A stretch of 64,000 nucleotides of DNA, taken from positions 1-64,000 of the forward strand of contig JAXLNO010000642.1 of NCBI GenBank assembly GCA_038087875.1, written 5' to 3'. This DNA comes from Malacoraja senta (Eukaryota). The position numbers and the translations under genes are program-made. Below are positions 12,801 to 24,044 of this stretch, piece after piece (the stretch's first letter is position 1; each line of letters opens with the position of its first letter). Below the pieces are notes generated by a model. It was not told the DNA's origin. It did no database searches and saw only the letters and a list, made by a program, of their open reading frames with translations.

Positions 12801-15800
12801 CAGACAGTGACAGACAGACAGACAGTGACAGACAGACAGTGACAAACATCGCAGAGTCGAGTTGAGCTGGGTTAATTTCCATCCAAGAGGATGCTGCACC
12901 AACTATCTGTAATTCTATTTACAGGACACTTAAACCTCTTGATTCGAGTTCAGCCCGTGACTGACTCACGGATATCTCTTACTCTATATATAATATCCAA
13001 AACATGGTTAGCTTTCATCTCTTTCCATCCCCTGATACCGGATATACTGTATTTATGCACAATTATCACTCTGTAATTCACTCCTAAATGTTTATGAATT
13101 TATACAAGGAAGACAAAAATGCTGGAGAAACTCAGGTGAGGCAGCATCTATGGAGCGAAGGAATAGGTGACGTTTTGGGTCTAGACCCTTCCTCAGACTT
13201 TATGCATAAACCCCTGAGCTTCTCTATTACATTCTGTTTGGTAATATATTTAAGAGTATTTGTTATTAACAACCTGCTTCATTTCAAGTTATCTGTTATA
13301 ATCCACTCACTCACCTTGATTCTAGCTGAGAACTTTTCATCATTCTATGTGTAAAGCAGACAAACGCCAACATTATATTCAGTAGCCCAGCCACAGATCT
13401 CCAGGCATAATCGCCCCAAACCATCTTTAGATTCTAGCCTCTGGTCTTTGATGGACAAACTTGCAATTCCAGAGCATTGATGCAAAGTATCTTTTGAAGT
13501 GTTGTCACATTTCTCCCGGGGTCTGATAAATGACAGCTCACTCTATGTAACCAAGCGAGCATTGCTACTTTAATCTTGGGGATTTTAATTTTGCTAACAT
13601 GTAACCCCCATGATATGGTGTTTGGTCACAGACCTGTGAAAGACCATATTAACCACATCAACAACACTACTCTTTACAATCCTCTTATTGTTCTTCTAAA
13701 CATTCTATTAAATGAGTAAAGAGAATTAGTCTTGAACAAATTGGGACTGGCTTGGTGTACTTATTACTTAATTGAGAGTCAGCTTGGGATGTCCATGCCA
13801 CCAGTACAGGAAGAAACAGAGACAAACTCTAAAGTGGTGTTTGAAGCAGATACATTCGCAATGTTGAAGAGACATTTAGACAGGTACCTGAACAGGCAAG
13901 GAATAGAGGGATATAGATCAAGTGCAGGGAGATCGTGGTAGTTTAATTTGGTGTTATGGTCGCTGCTGACACAGTGGCCTTAAGGGTCTGTTCCTGTGAT
14001 GTACTTTGCTATATGCCTTGTTCTCAATAGAATTTAAAGGCAGCTGAAATCTCCCTACATAGGCAGTACGTTTAGTTTCCAAATAAGGCTTTCTTTGAAG
14101 AAATATAATCACTCCTTGTTTTAACCTGAAGTACTTATTCACATTAAAAGTTAAATTGGTCTGCAGCGTGCTAGCTGTTGTTGGTAAAATTCAGGTGCAT
14201 GCAATGGAAACTGCAGGTGGTTTGTGGTTGGGCAAGAGGAAGGGATTTTGTGAAGTGATTTCCCCTTTATTGTAAATTACTGCTGCAGCTCTGCAGTAAA
14301 GTGTTCAACTGTGTATGGTCAAAGTGTCCACATAATTACAATTGAGCAAGGATCCACCATCATGTGGCTGTCCGCAGTCAAGTGGGCTTTAAACCTAGCT
14401 CCTGAAGGTTCCCCATGGCTAAAGAGTTCAGAAAAAGGGAATGTGGCTGGCATTCAATACTGAGGGTTTAGGTCAGAGAGCAGGGGATAGTTGTGATGCT
14501 GTATAATAGGTTGGATACATGGTTACAGGGGAATGGGTAAAGGGATATGAGAATGGGCAGGTATGAATGAGAGGGGGGGGGGGGTAACATGCTCACCCTG
14601 AGGTCAACATTACAGGTAAAGTCTAGTCCAACACACCATGTATTATACTGTACATGGATCCATGGAGCCCCCTTGCACTGATGCACCTTGGACTCCATTC
14701 CACCTGAGACACTAGAGTGGGGATTTCATTGACTTCTCATTGGGATTGACAGATTCTGTGGCACTATTTGAAGGGTGGCTATGGAGATTTTGCCAACCGC
14801 CATTCATTCTTTAATCACTTGGTAGTGTTGTAGGTCGTGAGAAGTGTTATCTAAGGCTAGAGAATGAAATAAAACAGTTGGAAAGTCAGATGAATTTAAT
14901 GCTGACATGTGAGGTGAACACTTTGATAGGACAAACATAGTTAAAGGTAGAGCCCTAGGGTGTTAATAAACAGGGGGAATAAACGTCCATAAATCCATGA
15001 AAGTAGCAGCACATGTAGAGAGAGAGACTGGTGAAGCAGGCAAATGGGATGCTTGCCCTCATTGGGCATGGGGTAGAACAAAATGTTGCAACTTCATAAA
15101 ACAATGGTCAGGTCATATTTGGAGTACTGTGTCTAGTCCTGGTCACCACCAAATATAACGGGTGTGATGGGACTGGAGAGGATTGAAGGACGATTCACCA
15201 GCGTGTCGCTTGGTTTGCAGCATTTCAGTTCTGCAGAGACATGGGATTGGCTGGGTTGGTTTTCCCTGGAACAGAGGAGGCTGAGAAGACCGATTAGAGG
15301 TATTTAAATATATTAGTGAGATGTATAGGATAAATAGTAAGAATCTTTATTTTCCACGGTGGGATTGTCTCAGGCAAGAGGGCATGGGCTTAAGGGGAGT
15401 GGCGGGAGATTTTGAAGGGATTTAAAGGGGGAATTCTCCCATACAGAGGGCGGTTGGAATCAGGATCACTCTGAGAAAGGGGTGGAGGCAGGTACTGTCA
15501 CAGCATTGAAGAATCATCTAGACAGGCACATTAATTGGCAAGGTATAGAAGGCTATCAAACTAATGCAGGTAACAGGGATTAGTATAGATTAATGCAGCA
15601 GTCAATATGGATGTAGTGGGTCAGAGCACTTGCTTCTGTATTGCAAGACCCTAAGACTACCACTGGAAAATCAGATTATCTAATTTCCTCATATTGGTGT
15701 GGAAAGTTGCTATGGGTAACCAGTTACTGTAGTTCAGAAGTACTTAATTTGTCTCCTGAGGTTGGAAAATATAAAGCATTGATGCAAGTTCTTTCTTTCT

Positions 15801-16590
15801 TCTACTTCTGCCTGGAGTGTGGTGAGCACAGGCTCATGCTTGGAAGCTGAGACTTCTCTGGTCTGCATGACTTCATGCCATAGTGGCAGCTCGTTCTAAA
15901 CTTCCTACTCGACTGTGCCTGGTATCACACAAGGTGGTCATTGACCTGAGACCTGTCATTGACCTAAAACTGTATCTCTATTACCCGCTCCACAGACATT
16001 GCCTGACCTGTTGAGCATGTCGAGATTGCCAGCATTTCCAGGTTTTGTTTGCAGATTTCCAGCATCTGCGGGGTTTTTTCTTTTACACCTCATTTACCGT
16101 TGTGCTTCTGGGCTGAAGTGGCTGTGGAGCCATGGCTGAGAGACACTTGAAGCTGGAGATAGTTGGCTCACACGATTACAGGTTGGCGCTGAGGAATTCC
16201 CAGCAGGAACACAATGTGCAAGTTAATGGTTATCATAACCTCCATACCTCAATTAAGGTTGGCAACAGCTCTTAGAGATTGTTCTGTAATCTCCAAGATT
16301 TAAACATTAGTAATTTAGTAAATGACCAGGGGAAAAAAAGGTTTATTTTACTTTCATTCATTGAAAACGTAAAAATTTGGGTTATGGGTAGTGAAAGCCT
16401 GTTCGATCGGTCAATAGTCTGATGTTTGTTTGAAGTTATCCAAATGAATGGCAATGCATCCTAAGCACTAATCATGGTACCAGCGAACATATAACTCAGC
16501 ATTCCACTATCTCTACTTTCAATAGACAGAACACTTACCATTGAATATGAGAATCGTGTGGAGGAAGAGCAGTCCTGTTCTGCTAAGCAT
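6695..16590 (-). CDS. Single V-set Ig domain type I membrane receptor, JAML/MPZL family (JAML-like); spliced, terminal exon unresolved
   Basis: Six phase-consistent GT-AG exons: 16539-16590, 11213-11382, 10391-10607, 9215-9380, 9077-9128, 6695-6820 (783 nt, 261 codons). They give a signal peptide, a V domain split over two exons, a TM helix and a tail with YITV and YVTM. Confidence 0.85.
8687..8997 (-). mobile_element. HE1-like tRNA-derived SINE
   Basis: Minus strand has A-box-like TGGCGCAGCAGT, B-box GGTTCGATCCC, a CR1-type 3' end and a (CTAAA)n tail. Confidence 0.85.
9077..9128 (-). CDS. JAML-like cytoplasmic exon ((R)[17 protein letters not shown])
   Basis: Acceptor tttctcccccag, donor gtaagg. 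The 52 nt bridge phase 2 to phase 0 exactly as the flanking exons require. Confidence 0.75.
9215..9380 (-). CDS. JAML-like transmembrane exon
   Basis: Acceptor cctcccacag, donor gtaaag. Encodes [22 protein letters not shown] followed by basic TKRK. Confidence 0.85.
9655..10170 (+). mobile_element. Penelope-like element 3' fragment (GIY-YIG C-terminus plus terminal repeat)
   Basis: ORF 9637-9897: [17 protein letters not shown]...[18 protein letters not shown], followed by the CTGAAGA..GAAAC terminal repeat. Confidence 0.85.
10391..10607 (-). CDS. JAML-like V domain, second half
   Basis: Acceptor ccaacacag, donor gtacaa, phase 0-1. Encodes ILFY...[37 protein letters not shown] (D-x-G-x-F-x-C motif). 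Confidence 0.9.
11213..11382 (-). CDS. JAML-like V domain, first half
   Basis: Acceptor ttttaccttgtag, donor gtgagt, phase 1-0. Encodes [21 protein letters not shown]...IKLEWLYSP (B-strand Cys, C-strand Trp). Confidence 0.9.
11413..12845. repeat. Complex (GACA)n/GACAGT microsatellite, about 1.4 kb
   Basis: Directly visible GACA units punctuated by GT, GC and GG variants. Confidence 0.98.
14860..15640 (+). mobile_element. Old degenerate CR1 LINE 3' fragment
   Basis: Decayed motifs such as tttggagtactgtgt..tggtcacc, gaggaggctgaga and agggcatgggcttaagg, with no intact ORF. Confidence 0.7.
16539..16590 (-). CDS. JAML-like signal peptide exon
   Basis: Acceptor tcctctctgcag with the exon starting at 16593, ATG at 16590, [17 protein letters not shown], phase 1 donor gtaagt. 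Splicing gives ...[13 protein letters not shown]. Confidence 0.85.
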
Positions 16591-17894
16591 TATCTGCAGA
16601 GAGGACAGGAGATTATAGACCTTGTAATTATCAAACTTAAATCTGATACAGTGCTTTACAGAAGTGAGATCAAACAAAACAAAATCACTTCTGGACATGT
16701 TAGGAGAGGCAACTAGGTTGGTCAAAGAAGTGGCTTTAAGAAGCATCTTAAAGGAGGAAGTAGAGGGGGTGGAGAGATGAAATGGAGTATTGCAGGACTT
16801 GGGCCTGAAGAGCTGAAAGCCACTGAAGGTGTTCAAGGGGAATCAGGGATCTGTGTGAGTGTCCAGGAGTGCACCGGCCATAGAGTGCTGGACAAGGTCA
16901 CAGAGCCAGAGAGGCCAGCGTCATTTAGTGGGGTCAGAAAACAAGGATTAAAGGGTTAAAACTGAAATGAACCTGGGTTTTTGGTTCAATTCAGTTCTAC
17001 ACTCATTCTGTCAGTCTGTCCAGTCCATTGAAAATCTAATTCACCATTAAACAAGCCCGACAGCAGCGTCAGACACTGACGAGAAGCCTTTTTAAAGAGG
17101 AGGAGGGGAAGTATTTTCATGTTTTAAAAATTCTTCTACCTTCTGAATTAACAATTTCTAGAGAACTGTAGAGTAGATAATAAGCTCACAATTCACCAAA
17201 TCACTCCTTAATGTTGGGATGTGGTCAGTTTAGACAAAAAAAAAACACCGATTTTCAAAAGAATCTTAAACTAAGTATACCTTTGCATTAAACTTGTGAT
17301 CTGCTTCATTCTTTCATTGTAAATATTCACCCAGTGTTGATAATTTATTGTTCTCTTGTTCGAATTGAAGAAGCTGTTCTGTCCAATCACTATTTCAATT
17401 CTCTCTTGGCCAGTCTCACCCCAGCCACCTTCAGCAAACTCATCCAACACGCCACTGGGTGTACCCTAACTTCATCATTCTCCCTCCCCCCCCCCCATTC
17501 CACTGTTGTACATTTCTGCAAACTCATCCAACCCTGTAACCTCTGGTTTTTCCTCTGCAGATGCTGGAATCTTAAGCAAAACACCAAGTACTGGAGGAAC
17601 TCAGCGTGAGGATCTGGTAAGGAATGAATGGACAGGTGAGGTTTCAAGTCGGGACCTTTCTTTAGACTGAGTCTGAATTCAAATTTGAATTAGACCAAGT
17701 CTAAAGATGGATCCTGTCCAAAAACGTGGCCTCTCCATTTCGTCCTCAGTTACTGCCTGACCCCTGGGGTCCTCCAGCACTTTGTGTTTTGAACTAAATT
17801 AGAAACTCTGTAATTAAAACAGAAGTCTCTGACCATGAGATGATCTTTATGAATAATGTTTTTTAAAAATGTTTCAGAGCAAGGAAGAACTTAC

Positions 17895-18110
17895 TAGAAG
17901 TTGATGACTCCACCAAAGATCGTGCTGTAGAACGGCCACAATCCACTTGTGTTCAACTGCTGTGGGTCCAGCTGCTGTGGGCTGTGTGGCAACCTTCTCT
18001 GTGTTCCTCAGTATGTTGATTCTCATCTGCAAGGTAGCCAATTGTGTTACTGTGCTTCCGTTACTGGTTCCCGAGTCCAGGAAACCACACTGAAGAAGTG
18101 AAGGAGATGG
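17895..18110 (-). promoter_or_regulatory. Candidate first exon and ETS/RUNX promoter of the JAML-like gene
   Basis: Donor cta|gtaagt at 17894, CGGAAG (minus strand, 18055-18060), adjacent AGGAA (18079-18083) and ACCACA (18084-18089). Confidence 0.4.
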
Positions 18111-18320
18111 TTTTAGTTGCACTTTTCTCCTTTTTTAAAAGCGGCTGCTTCTTTACTGAAGAGCTGAGATCTTTGGAATAAACCTTTTTTAATGTTTTAG
18201 AAAAAATGTCATCAAATTAAAAGCTAATATCAATATTGTGTGTTTTACTTCCCTATCAGAATATCCAGAGTACTTTACAGTCAATGCAGCATTACATTAC
18301 ACGCTTTTTACAGGATGTCC

Positions 18321-18618
18321 AGGCAGCATCTGTGGAGAACATGGATAGGTGACGTTTCACAGAGTGCTGGAGTAACTCAGCGGGTCAGGCAGCATCTGTG
18401 GAGAACATGGATAGGTGACGTTTCACAGAGTGCTGGAGTAACTCAGCGGGTCAGGCAGCATCTGTAGAGAACATGGATAGGTGACGTTTCACAGAGTGCT
18501 GGAGTAACTCAGCGGGTTTGGCAGCATCTCTGGAGAACATGGATAGGTAACGTTTCACAGAGTGCTGGAGTAACTCAGCGGGTCAGGCAGCATCTGTGGA
18601 GAACATGGATAGGTGATA
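18321..18618. repeat. 66-bp tandem repeat (about 4.5 copies) derived from the Penelope-type terminal repeat
   Basis: Unit aggcagcatctgtggagaacatggataggtgacgtttcacagagtgctggagtaactcagcgggtc starts at 18321, 18387, 18453, 18519 and 18585. Confidence 0.92.
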
Positions 18619-19106
18619 TTCCGGGTTGAGACCCTGCTTCAGACGTTGTAGCAACGGGAGAAAGTGGGAAAAGAGTTGGGGCTGGAACAAAGCTTGGCAG
18701 GTTGTAGGTGGATACAGGTGAGTGTAAGGGGGGGGGGGGAGAGAGGATTGCTTGGCAGACAGTTGGACAACAGCCAGAAATGAGTGGGAGAGATGGGTGT
18801 GCATCCGGGTGGGACACAGGGAATAACTCCTATTACTTGTTGTTGGAGTAATTCTATTCCTTTAACAAGTTCACTAGACCATCCGGCCCATCGACTCCAC
18901 TCCGCCATTCAATCATGGCTGATCTCTGTCTCCTAATCCCATTTTCCTGCTTCTCCCCGTCACCCTTGACACCCATTCTAATCAAGAATTTGGCCATCTC
19001 TGCCTTAAAAATATCCACTGACTTGGCGTCCACAGCCCTCTGTGGCAATAAGTTCCACAGATTAACTACCCTCTCACTAAAGATGTTCCTCCTCGCATCC
19101 TTTCTA

Positions 19107-20452
19107 AGGCCCCTGTCCCACTTTCACGACCTAATTCACGACCTCTGCCGAGTTTGCCCTTGACTCATACTCGCAGCATGGTCGTCACGAGGTCGTAGGT
19201 AGTTAGTAGTAGGTCGTGATGCTAGTCGTAGGTACCCGTGGCATCAAGTAGGTCGCGGTGGTTTTTCTAGCCTGATAAAAAATGTCCATGAGTAAAAAAA
19301 AAGGTCGGCATAGAAAAAATCTATACTTTTTACTCGTAGGTAGGTCGTTGTAGGTCGTGGTGCTGGTCGCAGGTGGTCGGAGGCAGTCGAACGTAATAGC
19401 TTCGGGGTGAATAAAAGGCAGTAGAAAAAAAAGGTAATTTAAACAGCAGAACGTCACCTCTGTCACTCCAAGCCATGTTCATTCATAGCTGGAGAGTTTT
19501 TTGGAGAGGAGACGCGTTTTAGAGATGGCACCAAAAAGGCAGCAGCACAGGGGGAGCGCACAACCCTAAAAAAAACCTGTCATGCATGTGTTGCCCACCC
19601 AGGAGGAGGAGTGGCAGGAGGTGATGCCACAGGAGGTGATAGTGCAGGAGGAGGTAGCCCTGCATGAGAGACCCCTGGAGGAGGAGACCAGGGAGGTAGT
19701 ATATGTCCCCACCACCACCCCATCCTTCACTGCCTCATTTGAAGGCAGCAAAGCAGCCCTTTCTCCTGTGTCTAACACAGCATCAGAGGCAGATGCCCCA
19801 TTGGTGGTGAGGGAGGGCTGGAGGAAGGTTATGCCCTACACCTTCACCAGGCAGCAGGAGGGGGACCCTGAGGAATGGTTCCAGCAGAGTGCTATCCTGT
19901 ACGAAAAGGAAAATGAGGGGTACAGGGACAAGAATGGCATGCTTGCCATCCATTGCCCCACATGTGTGCTTAAAGTTCCATCTTTTGTCAAAGCCCAGCA
20001 CCACTCTCTTCCAGTCACCTGGTGTACTGGGACAGTCCATCACATCATCTCCATTCACCCATTGAGACATCTTCTTGTGCTTCCTCTTCACCCTTGCTCT
20101 TCCCCTCTGCCTTTCTGAAAAGGCTGCTGAAGCAAAAGGGCTACTGCAAACAGCAGTAGTTGTATTTTTACTAACATTCTCCAAACTAGATCCTTCCTTG
20201 TTTGCATGGTTCAGAATGATTTGCCAAAGACCATCCTCGAGTAAAACGTACATGATCGAAGCCAGTCTTTAACATAGTCGAAGGAGGTCGAAGGAGGTCT
20301 TCTTCATAGTCGAGGGAGGTCTTCAACATAGTCGTAGGAGGTCGTACGAATAGTCGTGGAAGGTCGTAGGTTACTGCGACCTTGATTTTTTTTTAGGTCA
20401 TTTAAGGTCGTCAGAGGTCGTGAATTAGGTCGTGAAAGTGGGACAGGGGCTT
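19107..20452. mobile_element. PIF/Harbinger DNA transposon, internally deleted
   Basis: TIRs gcccctgtcccactttcacgacctaattcacgacctctg and its reverse complement. Minus-strand transposase piece CPSTPGDWKRV..FDKRWNFKHTCGAMDGKH. Plus-strand MADF/Myb-like piece FTRQQEGDPEEWFQQSAILYEK...YRDK. Inserted in a CR1 tail. Confidence 0.88.
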
Positions 20453-22094
20453 TAAAGAGCGCCCTTTAATTCTGAGGCTATTACCTCTGGTCCTAGTCTC
20501 CCTCTCTCTCTCTCTCTCCCTCACCCTCTCTCTCTCTCTCTCTGTCCATCTTGTGCCCTCTTAATTATCTGGCCTCTCGTTTTCTCTATCAAAATGTAAT
20601 GCTTTTCCTTTCTCAGCATTAAATTTGATCTGCTATCAATCCATTCATTCATCCTACCTGTCTTCGCATCACAGGTTCAGTTCACCTCCATGATATCGTT
20701 ATCTGCAAATTAGGAAATTATTCCCCATGTGCCCGATTCAAAGTTGTTAATATATATTAAGAGGAGCAGCGTTTCTGTGTTTCTTGGTAGCTAATTCAAT
20801 ATCTTTGTTTCTTGGTAGCCAATGTTCTTATCATCTGCTACACACTCCTTTATTCCATGGTCTTCAAGCCACAATGACAAACTATAATATGACACGTCAT
20901 TAAACACCTTTGGGAAGTCCATTTCTAATGCATCGACCACATTTTCCTCAGAAGCTGCCGACTGACTTGAAGTGTTCAATGGTGTTCGCCGGTGCCAGCA
21001 CCACTTTGTTTCTTTAATATACATCAATAATTTAAAATTGGGCATTGAGATTTGATCATGTAAATAGTTTTGACTCTCAGCTTCAGTCATCAAGTTAAGA
21101 TAGAACTTCACTAATGAGTCACCATATTTCTCCGATCAGGAAAGCCAAAGACCATTTTTCAAACAATTCTATCAGACCAAAACTCATCAGTTTGGATCCG
21201 GCAGTGGGGAAATTTACAGGTGACCACATCAGTTTGTCTCTGCTGCCTTCAGGTACACCAACACTGGTTTCAGTTACACCACAACTCATTGAAACCAAAG
21301 CTTACATCATAAGCGTATATTACCTTGCACATCACGAAAAGGAAACAGAACAGAAAGGAATATAGAAACGCTTAATTAGCAACACTGTTAAATTGCAATG
21401 GAACCAAGAACTGGAATAACGATGGATTCCAATGTAAAACATACAACTAAAGTCTAAGATAATTTAGAGTAGCTATTCTATCATGTTTGAGAACGACATA
21501 AGATCAGAGATCTCTTCTTCAAGGAGTGAGAGAGAAGCCATCCATTTGAAGTAAGATAGCTCAGGATCCATGCCATTGCTCAGGACTTCCAATGCTTTAA
21601 TCTGAGCTTCCTACATTGGCCATAACATCAAAATGGAAGCAAGTTATCTCCAACACTCAAAGAAAACAAATGTCAAACTGACTAACAAAGCAAAAGGTTG
21701 CTGATACCAAAAGCCTGAAATACAAACAGGAAATGTTGGAAATACTCAGAAAACTGGGCAGTAAGTGCAAAGAGAGAACCATTTTCTCTTGCTCCTTCTC
21801 CAAGATGCTGAAACAGGAAGATACGTCTTGTTAATTCTGAGGCAATCTTTAAATGCCCCCTGTCCATCTTCCCCTTCATCCTCTTCCACTCATTTCACTC
21901 CTCCTCTTCTCTCCATATGGACAATAGACAATAGGTGTAGGAGTAGGCCATTCGGCCCTTCGAGCCAGCACCGCCATTCAATGTGAGCATGGCTGATCAT
22001 CCACAATCAGTACCCAGTTCCTGTCTCCTCCCCATATCCCCTGACTCCACTATCTTTCAGAGCCCTATCAAGCTCTCTCTTGAAAGTATCCAGA

Positions 22095-23523
22095 TAGGCT
22101 GTGGGCCGAGTAGCTGTTTTGTTCAAGTTCGTGACCCAACTCACGGAACTACATGAATTTTTTAACATATTGTGTAAACATATATAAATCATACCTGACT
22201 CATCAAGAAAAAAACCTGCAATTTTTTTAAAAATGAGAAAAGGCTCCAATTTTCCGAGTAGTAATTGTCCAATAAATGCACGTTTGACATTGAGGTCGGA
22301 CGTAAATTGACCAACCCCGCGCTTTGATTTATGGTCGCTTGGCAGGGAGGACCCTGGGATCATGGCTGCCTCCTCATTACATCAAAACAATAACAAGGTT
22401 TCCAAGGAATAAAGGTAATGCTCACCTTGCTGATCATTTTGTTTTTCAATTGATTTATCTATATAAAGTTATGATGTGAACTGTTAAATAAAAATGATAG
22501 ATAATAAATGTAGAGCTAGCGTTAGGATTAGGGTTAGGGTCGGTCGGTCGGTCAGTCAGTCAGTCTGTCGGTCGGGCTTGTCGGTAGGCCGATGGATGCT
22601 GTGGAGGATCGGTTGGGCTGCCGGGCCGTCGGTGGGTGGTGAGAGTTGGGTTGGGCCGCCGGTGGATGGTGAGAGTGGTCGGTCGGGCCGGGCCACCGGT
22701 GGGTGCTGCGAGTGGTCGGACGGCCAGTGTTGCAGCAAGCGTGTGGGCGGACTGACGGAGCCGGCGCTATGGTGGTGCTGAAGGCGGCCCGGGCGGCGTG
22801 CAGGGCTGTGCTGCTCCCCACCATCATCACCTACGATGAACCAGAAGGGCATGCTGGCCGAGGTGGACGCGCTGCGGGGCCACACGTATGGAGCCCGCAG
22901 CCGGTCCCAAAGCGGCTCCAGCTCCAGCCGTGGGCAGCTCTGGAAGGGGAGGGCGAGTTAGGGTTAGGGTTAGGGTTAGGCATTTTCCTGTCAGTGGAAG
23001 ATGCCTTAGCCTTCCCCCAGCCTGGTACTGCCCCAGTCCCACTATGGCCGTGACCCCCACCCTGCACACTGGCAGTCAGTGGGGTTCAGTAAATGGGGGA
23101 ACCCACAGGAACTGCCCTCACCCATGAATTAGGCTGGTTCAGGAGTCGGACCTCTGCGGCAGTCTCCTTCAAAATACACTCACAATTATATTCATTATAT
23201 TAGTTTTATATAATTATATATGATTACACTAATATTCACAAGTCATATATATATACAGTATAATAATGTATGGTTTACATAGGCCGCAGCACGGAATTAA
23301 TCTCACCATGGTGTAATATGGGCATTGGACAAGAGATGGCGCTTTTTCGATCTCATTTTCTAATTAGTTTAATTAATTAATGTGCACCTTTTGGCAATGA
23401 CGAGTTCTGACTTTCTTCTCAATTATATGTTATCTAAATCTGTGCAAAATTTAATGTAGTTCCGAGACATGGGTCATGAAAGTTAAATTCAAGACACATT
23501 TATGATGCTCGGCCCACAGCCTA
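22095..23523. mobile_element. Non-autonomous TIR DNA transposon with internal TTAGGG tracts (superfamily uncertain)
   Basis: Perfect 16-bp inverted ends TAGGCTGTGGGCCGAG (22095-22110) and CTCGGCCCACAGCCTA (23508-23523). Confidence 0.75.
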
Positions 23524-23685
23524 CAGCGGGTGAGGCAGCATCTATGGAGCGAAGGAATAAGTGACGTTTCGGGTCGAGACCCTTCTTCAGACGTCTGAAG
23601 GATCACAACCCGAAACGTCGCCTATTCCTTCGCTCCATAGATGCTGCCTCACCTGTTGAGTTTCTCCAGCATTTTTGTCTACCTT
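23524..23685. mobile_element. Inverted dimer of the Penelope-type terminal repeat
   Basis: Arms gaggcagcatctatggagcgaaggaata and tattccttcgctccatagatgctgcctc lie around the centre cttcagacgtctgaag. Confidence 0.8.
23561..23592 (-). ncRNA. Putative minimal type I hammerhead ribozyme motif (Penelope-associated)
   Basis: Minus strand reads GU-CUGAAGA-A-GGGUCUCGACCC-GAAAC-GUC-AC: conserved core, stem II, self-complementary ACGU stem III and a GUC triplet. Confidence 0.6.
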
Positions 23686-24044
23686 CCCTTCTTATGGTTA
23701 TATCCATAACATTTCCCCAAAGTACATGTATACAGGGTATTGATGTTTCCCCGAATATCAAATCAGTAAAGTTTCTGATCCAACGTAATTTGTTTTTAAC
23801 CAAGATGCTGCCTGTCCCGCTGAGCTACTCCAGCTTTTTGTGTCCATTTAAACCAACATCTTCCTACACATCTAACCATCTGCACCTTGATGATTTGAAA
23901 CATTTGGCTCTTTGCTGCCCACAGCTGGGCAATGATGAGATAGCAGTGTGATTCTGAGCCATTTCCTAACTAGTCTTGTCCTTTATTTCCATTCCATCCT
24001 GAAGTATTAATTTGCCAGAAGTTGTCACCCTGCAACCACAAACT

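Noticed and set aside
11171..12902. Three 450-514 aa Cys/Ser/Val-rich ORFs
   Set aside because: They are translations of the stop-free GACA microsatellite; only 11213-11382 is a real exon.
13315..16133. Exon-like pieces 16098-16133 ([12 protein letters not shown], good Kozak) and 13315-13344 ([10 protein letters not shown])
   Set aside because: Both end in phase 0 and cannot join the phase-1 V exon in frame. The signal exon at 16539-16590 fits without them.
18321..18618. Regularly spaced repeats superficially like a CRISPR array
   Set aside because: There are no unique spacers, the unit derives from a retroelement end, and the context is eukaryotic with no cas genes.
22521..22980. TTAGGG tracts as a chromosome-fusion relic
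   Set aside because: Only 3-4 units each, in the same orientation, and internal to a TIR-bounded element.
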